A program made the translations under genes and the position numbers. A DNA stretch of 64,000 bases from an uncultured Candidatus Saccharibacteria bacterium. Lineage in GTDB: Bacteria > Patescibacteriota > Minisyncoccia > Portnoybacterales > UBA2143. Of the stretch, positions 61,200-64,000 are shown piece after piece (position 1 is the first letter of the stretch; the number at the start of each line of letters is the position of its first letter). The notes beneath the pieces were generated by a model. That model ran no database searches and had not been told where the DNA came from. It saw only the letters and a list, made by a program, of their open reading frames with translations. The DNA lies in the NCBI GenBank assembly GCA_964596615.1, contig CAZQUN010000003.1:2550-66549 (forward strand), read 5' to 3'.

Positions 61200-61275
61200 T
61201 GGCACGCCTGGAGGGAGTCGAACCCCCGACCTAAGGTTTAGAAAACCTCCGCTCTATCCGCTGAGCTACAGGCGC
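61200..61275 (-). tRNA. tRNA-Arg (anticodon UCU), CCA encoded
   Basis: Minus strand GCGCCTG-TA-GCTC-AGCGGATA-GAGC, anticodon stem GAGGT/ACCTT with loop TTTCTAA, T-arm GGGGG-TTCGACT-CCCTC, then CCA. Confidence 0.85.
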
Positions 61276-61276
61276 A

Positions 61277-61645
61277 TTAACGTCTATTATACCTAAAAAT
61301 ACTGAAAAGTAAAGCAAAAAACACGCCGGCGCTATCAATTAGAACATCCCTGATTGTTCCCTCTCTTCCGAAAATGAAAGTCTGGTGATATTCGTCGGAA
61401 ACAGCATAGAGAATTGCTAAAAAGACAGACCAGAGAATAATCTTTTTTTTGCTCAATTGGTAATTTGATAAAGCCCGGATCAAAAGAAAAGTCAAAATGG
61501 CGTATTCAGAAATATGGGCCAGTTTTCTTAGAATAAAATCCCACTGATTAGGTAAATCAGATTTTAAATCCGGCTGGTGGGAAAAGAAAAAAATTATTCC
61601 TATCCATAAAACGACCAGAAACCAGTTTTTTAATTTTTGATTCAT
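61277..61645 (-). CDS. VanZ-like family membrane protein
   Basis: SDEYHQTFIFGREGTIRDVLIDSAGVFF motif. Start probably at the internal MNQKLKNWFLVV. Confidence 0.7.
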   Translation of the reverse strand: MNQKLKNWFLVVLWIGIIFFFSHQPDLKSDLPNQWDFILRKLAHISEYAILTFLLIRALSNYQLSKKKIILWSVFLAILYAVSDEYHQTFIFGREGTIRDVLIDSAGVFFALLFSIFRYNRR

Positions 61646-61693
61646 AGATGAGACTGCCCTGTCTGTTAAAATCTGTAGACAGGGCAATTTTGA

Positions 61694-61957
61694 TTATCCT
61701 CCGTTTTTTATTAAGACAACGATATTAAAGATGTCTGTCATCTGAGAGCGAATCGCACAAATTTTGCTTTGGAGAGGCTGTACCGCTTCATCTAATGTTT
61801 TTTTCTCTTCCGGCGATAAATCTTGAAACCCATTGTTCAAAGAATCCTTAATTGATTCAAAACAAGATAGTGCGATACCTACTTCGGAGCCAATTTTTTC
61901 CAGAGAGCTTTTCACCGGAGCAAGATCCAGCATGCCACAAGAATTTTCCATCTTCAT
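61694..61957 (-). CDS. Hypothetical protein (87 aa)
   Basis: SD AGGAGG upstream; higher GC than surroundings; no recognisable family. Confidence 0.45.
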   Translation of the reverse strand: MKMENSCGMLDLAPVKSSLEKIGSEVGIALSCFESIKDSLNNGFQDLSPEEKKTLDEAVQPLQSKICAIRSQMTDIFNIVVLIKNGG

Positions 61958-61973
61958 TCCTCCTTTATATCTG

Positions 61974-63689
61974 TTATTTTTGGGAATATTCTAAAAAACT
62001 ATTCAAAGAACATGTATTCAAAACATCTTTTTTAGTTGCCCAGCCTCTTCTGGCCTGGGCAATACCTAATTCCATCATTGGAAATTGATTAAGGCTATGA
62101 GCATCAGTCCCAATGGTCAATTTAACTCCGGCTTTAATCGCTTGGCGGATATCAATATCTTTTAAATCCAATCGGGTAAAATGGGCGTTAATTTCCAAGG
62201 CAGTTTTGTTCTTTTTAGCTGCCTGAAAAACTTTATCAAAATCAAATGAGTATCCTTCTCTTTTGTAAATCACCCGGCCGGTTGGGTGGGCAATAATATC
62301 AATATGGGGATTTTCTATTACCCTGATTAATCTCTTGGTCATATCTTCCTTGTTCATCTTGAATCCGGAATGGATACTGGCAATAACGATATCTAATTTA
62401 GATAAAACTTCGTCTTTGATTGCCAGTGTGCCGTCATTTTTAATATCAACTTCGGCTCCTTTGAGTATTTTAACCCCGGGAACTTCTTTGTCAACCCTGT
62501 CGATTTCTCTCATTTGGTTTAATAATCTTTTTTCATCCAAGCCATTAGCAATTCTTAAAAACCCAGCATGATCAGTGATAACAATATATTGGTAATTCAT
62601 TTTCTTAGCCGCTTTAGCCATCTCCTTGATGCTTTGAACCCCATCAGACCAGTTAGTATGACATTGGGTCTCTCCCTTAATATCATTGTAATCAATTACC
62701 TGAGGTAATTTACCTTTCAAAGCTGCCTCAATTTCACCAGTATTGGTTCTTAATTCCGGTTCAATGTAGGGCAGGCCGATTGAATTGTAAACTTCCTTTT
62801 CATTTTTCCCGGCGATTCTTTTTTTATTCTGATAAACTCCATATTCGTTTAATTTTAATTTCTTTTTTATCGCTAATCGCCTGGTTAAAATATTATGATC
62901 TTTGCTGCCGGTGAAATATTGGAGAGCAGCACCAAAACTTTCTTTTTTAATTACTCGTATATCACAATCAAATCCGTTTTTTAATCTGACTGATGATTTA
63001 GTCGGTCCTTTAGCCCAAATCTTAACTACTCCCGGCATTTTAACAAAGAAATCCATGACTTTGGCTGACTTGGAAGATGTGACTAAAATATCAGCGTCGC
63101 CAATAGTTTCTTTCATTCTTCTGATTGAGCCAGCAAAACTGACTTTGCCGGTTTCAGGCAATTCCTCAAGACGAGCAACAATCTCTCTGACAACCGGTAA
63201 AATTGAGCCCAAAAGAAATCTTCCTTTGCTTGATTTAACAAATTCAATTGCCTGTAAAATATTTTCCTCGCTTTTTGGACCAAAACCTTCTAATTCCCCG
63301 ATTTTTCCTCTTTTAGCTGCCTTTTCCAGATCTTTAATACTTTTAATGCCCAGTTTTTCGTAAAGAATCTTAATTTTCCTTGGTCCGATTCCTTCAACTT
63401 TGGTTAATTCTTCAACATCAACTGGAGATTCTTTTTTTAATTTATGATATTCTTTTACTTTTCCTGTTTTCAAAAACTCTTCAATCCTTTGAGCAATATT
63501 TTTACCAACTCCTGGAATTTCTTCCAGGGCTTTTAAGCCGCCTTCCTGATAAATCTCTTCAATATCTTTTTCCATCGATTCTAAAACCCGGGCAACTTTT
63601 GAGTAAGCCCGGGCCCGAAAACCATGTTCCTCTAATTCAAGAAATTCAGTCATCCGATAAAAGATTTGAGATAATTCCAGATTTTTCAT
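61974..63689 (-). CDS. DNA polymerase X family with C-terminal PHP phosphoesterase domain (PolX)
   Basis: N-terminal HhH (GVGKNIAQRIEEF), Pol beta-like palm, PHP motif CHTNWSDG...VITDHAG; 571 aa. Confidence 0.85.
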   Translation of the reverse strand: MKNLELSQIFYRMTEFLELEEHGFRARAYSKVARVLESMEKDIEEIYQEGGLKALEEIPGVGKNIAQRIEEFLKTGKVKEYHKLKKESPVDVEELTKVEGIGPRKIKILYEKLGIKSIKDLEKAAKRGKIGELEGFGPKSEENILQAIEFVKSSKGRFLLGSILPVVREIVARLEELPETGKVSFAGSIRRMKETIGDADILVTSSKSAKVMDFFVKMPGVVKIWAKGPTKSSVRLKNGFDCDIRVIKKESFGAALQYFTGSKDHNILTRRLAIKKKLKLNEYGVYQNKKRIAGKNEKEVYNSIGLPYIEPELRTNTGEIEAALKGKLPQVIDYNDIKGETQCHTNWSDGVQSIKEMAKAAKKMNYQYIVITDHAGFLRIANGLDEKRLLNQMREIDRVDKEVPGVKILKGAEVDIKNDGTLAIKDEVLSKLDIVIASIHSGFKMNKEDMTKRLIRVIENPHIDIIAHPTGRVIYKREGYSFDFDKVFQAAKKNKTALEINAHFTRLDLKDIDIRQAIKAGVKLTIGTDAHSLNQFPMMELGIAQARRGWATKKDVLNTCSLNSFLEYSQK

Positions 63690-63696
63690 ACCTTAA

Positions 63697-63915
63697 TCAT
63701 AAACTTTTACCCCAGGGATGACAAGTAGAAATTCTTTTTATTCCCAACCAAAGACCTTTCAGAGCTCCATATTTTTTAACTGAGTTATAGGTATATTGAG
63801 AACAAGTTGGATAATGCCGGCATTGGCCCATAATCCGCAGAATGGGAAAAGCACCATGATCGGGTGAAATGGTCTTTTGGTAAATCTTTATTAAAAGTAA
63901 AACTATTGGTTTCAT
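63697..63915 (-). CDS. yidD: Membrane protein insertion efficiency factor YidD
   Basis: 72 aa; CRHYPTCSQY and HPWGK motifs. Confidence 0.8.
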   Translation of the reverse strand: MKPIVLLLIKIYQKTISPDHGAFPILRIMGQCRHYPTCSQYTYNSVKKYGALKGLWLGIKRISTCHPWGKSL

Positions 63916-64000
63916 ATTTGTATTGTAGCATAAATAGAAGAGCCGTTGTCTTTCCGAACAACAGCCCTGGTCTTGAACTTAAGTATATAGCAACAAAAGA

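Noticed and set aside
62902-63363. 153-aa plus-strand ORF
   Set aside because: Antisense to the PolX gene.

Overview
This is a low-GC bacterial chromosomal segment with roughly 85 genes, mostly small. Its hallmarks point to a Candidate Phyla Radiation (CPR) / Patescibacteria, Parcubacteria-like genome. The conserved S10-spc ribosomal cluster runs straight from rpsE into rplO with no L30 gene. The secE-nusG-rplK block has no rplA after it. Several ribosomal proteins carry terminal extensions, and DnaE, PheT and ThrRS are short forms. Going 5'->3', the window holds the following blocks. (1) A surface-polysaccharide/glycosylation locus: a DUF4012-like membrane protein, a secreted small protein, three GT4 glycosyltransferases and a WbaP-like priming phosphoglycosyltransferase. 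(2) An RNase P RNA gene (rnpB) with its own promoter and terminator. (3) Housekeeping genes: rnhA, recJ, pgk, tpiA, dedA, galT, a GT2 and a radical-SAM MiaB-like gene, miaA, gatB. (4) A higher-GC operon encoding a divergent thymidylate-synthase-family protein and a GalT-branch HIT protein. It is convergent with a dCMP-deaminase fusion and a cytidylyltransferase-like nucleotidyltransferase. (5) rplK-nusG-secE, gyrB, pheST. (6) A tRNA-like element, a free-standing LAGLIDADG homing endonuclease, tRNA-Met/Ile2(CAU) and tRNA-Asp, and a second MiaA/IPT paralog with a degenerate P-loop. (7) gatCA, ligA, dnaE, thrS, map, adk, secY. (8) A 24-gene ribosomal protein block (rplO...rpsJ), then tuf, a small translationally coupled ORF, fusA, rpsG, rpsL. 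(9) MscS, an EEP nuclease/phosphatase, a Doc/Fic-type toxin with an HTH partner and a palindromic operator, tRNA-His and tRNA-Arg, VanZ, PolX, yidD. The most unusual region is the 830-bp miaB-miaA intergenic region. It holds three head-to-tail minus-strand modules. Each module has a near-consensus sigma70 promoter (TTGACA-N16/17-TATAAT-like) fused to a TTATCCACA-type box. The modules drive a GC-rich 44-aa Thr/Pro-rich ORF, a 21-aa ORF and a probable ncRNA. The MiaB-like gene ends before its TRAM domain exactly where this region begins. The third promoter overlaps the miaA start codon. All protein calls rest on motif-level reading of the six-frame translations. No database search was run.
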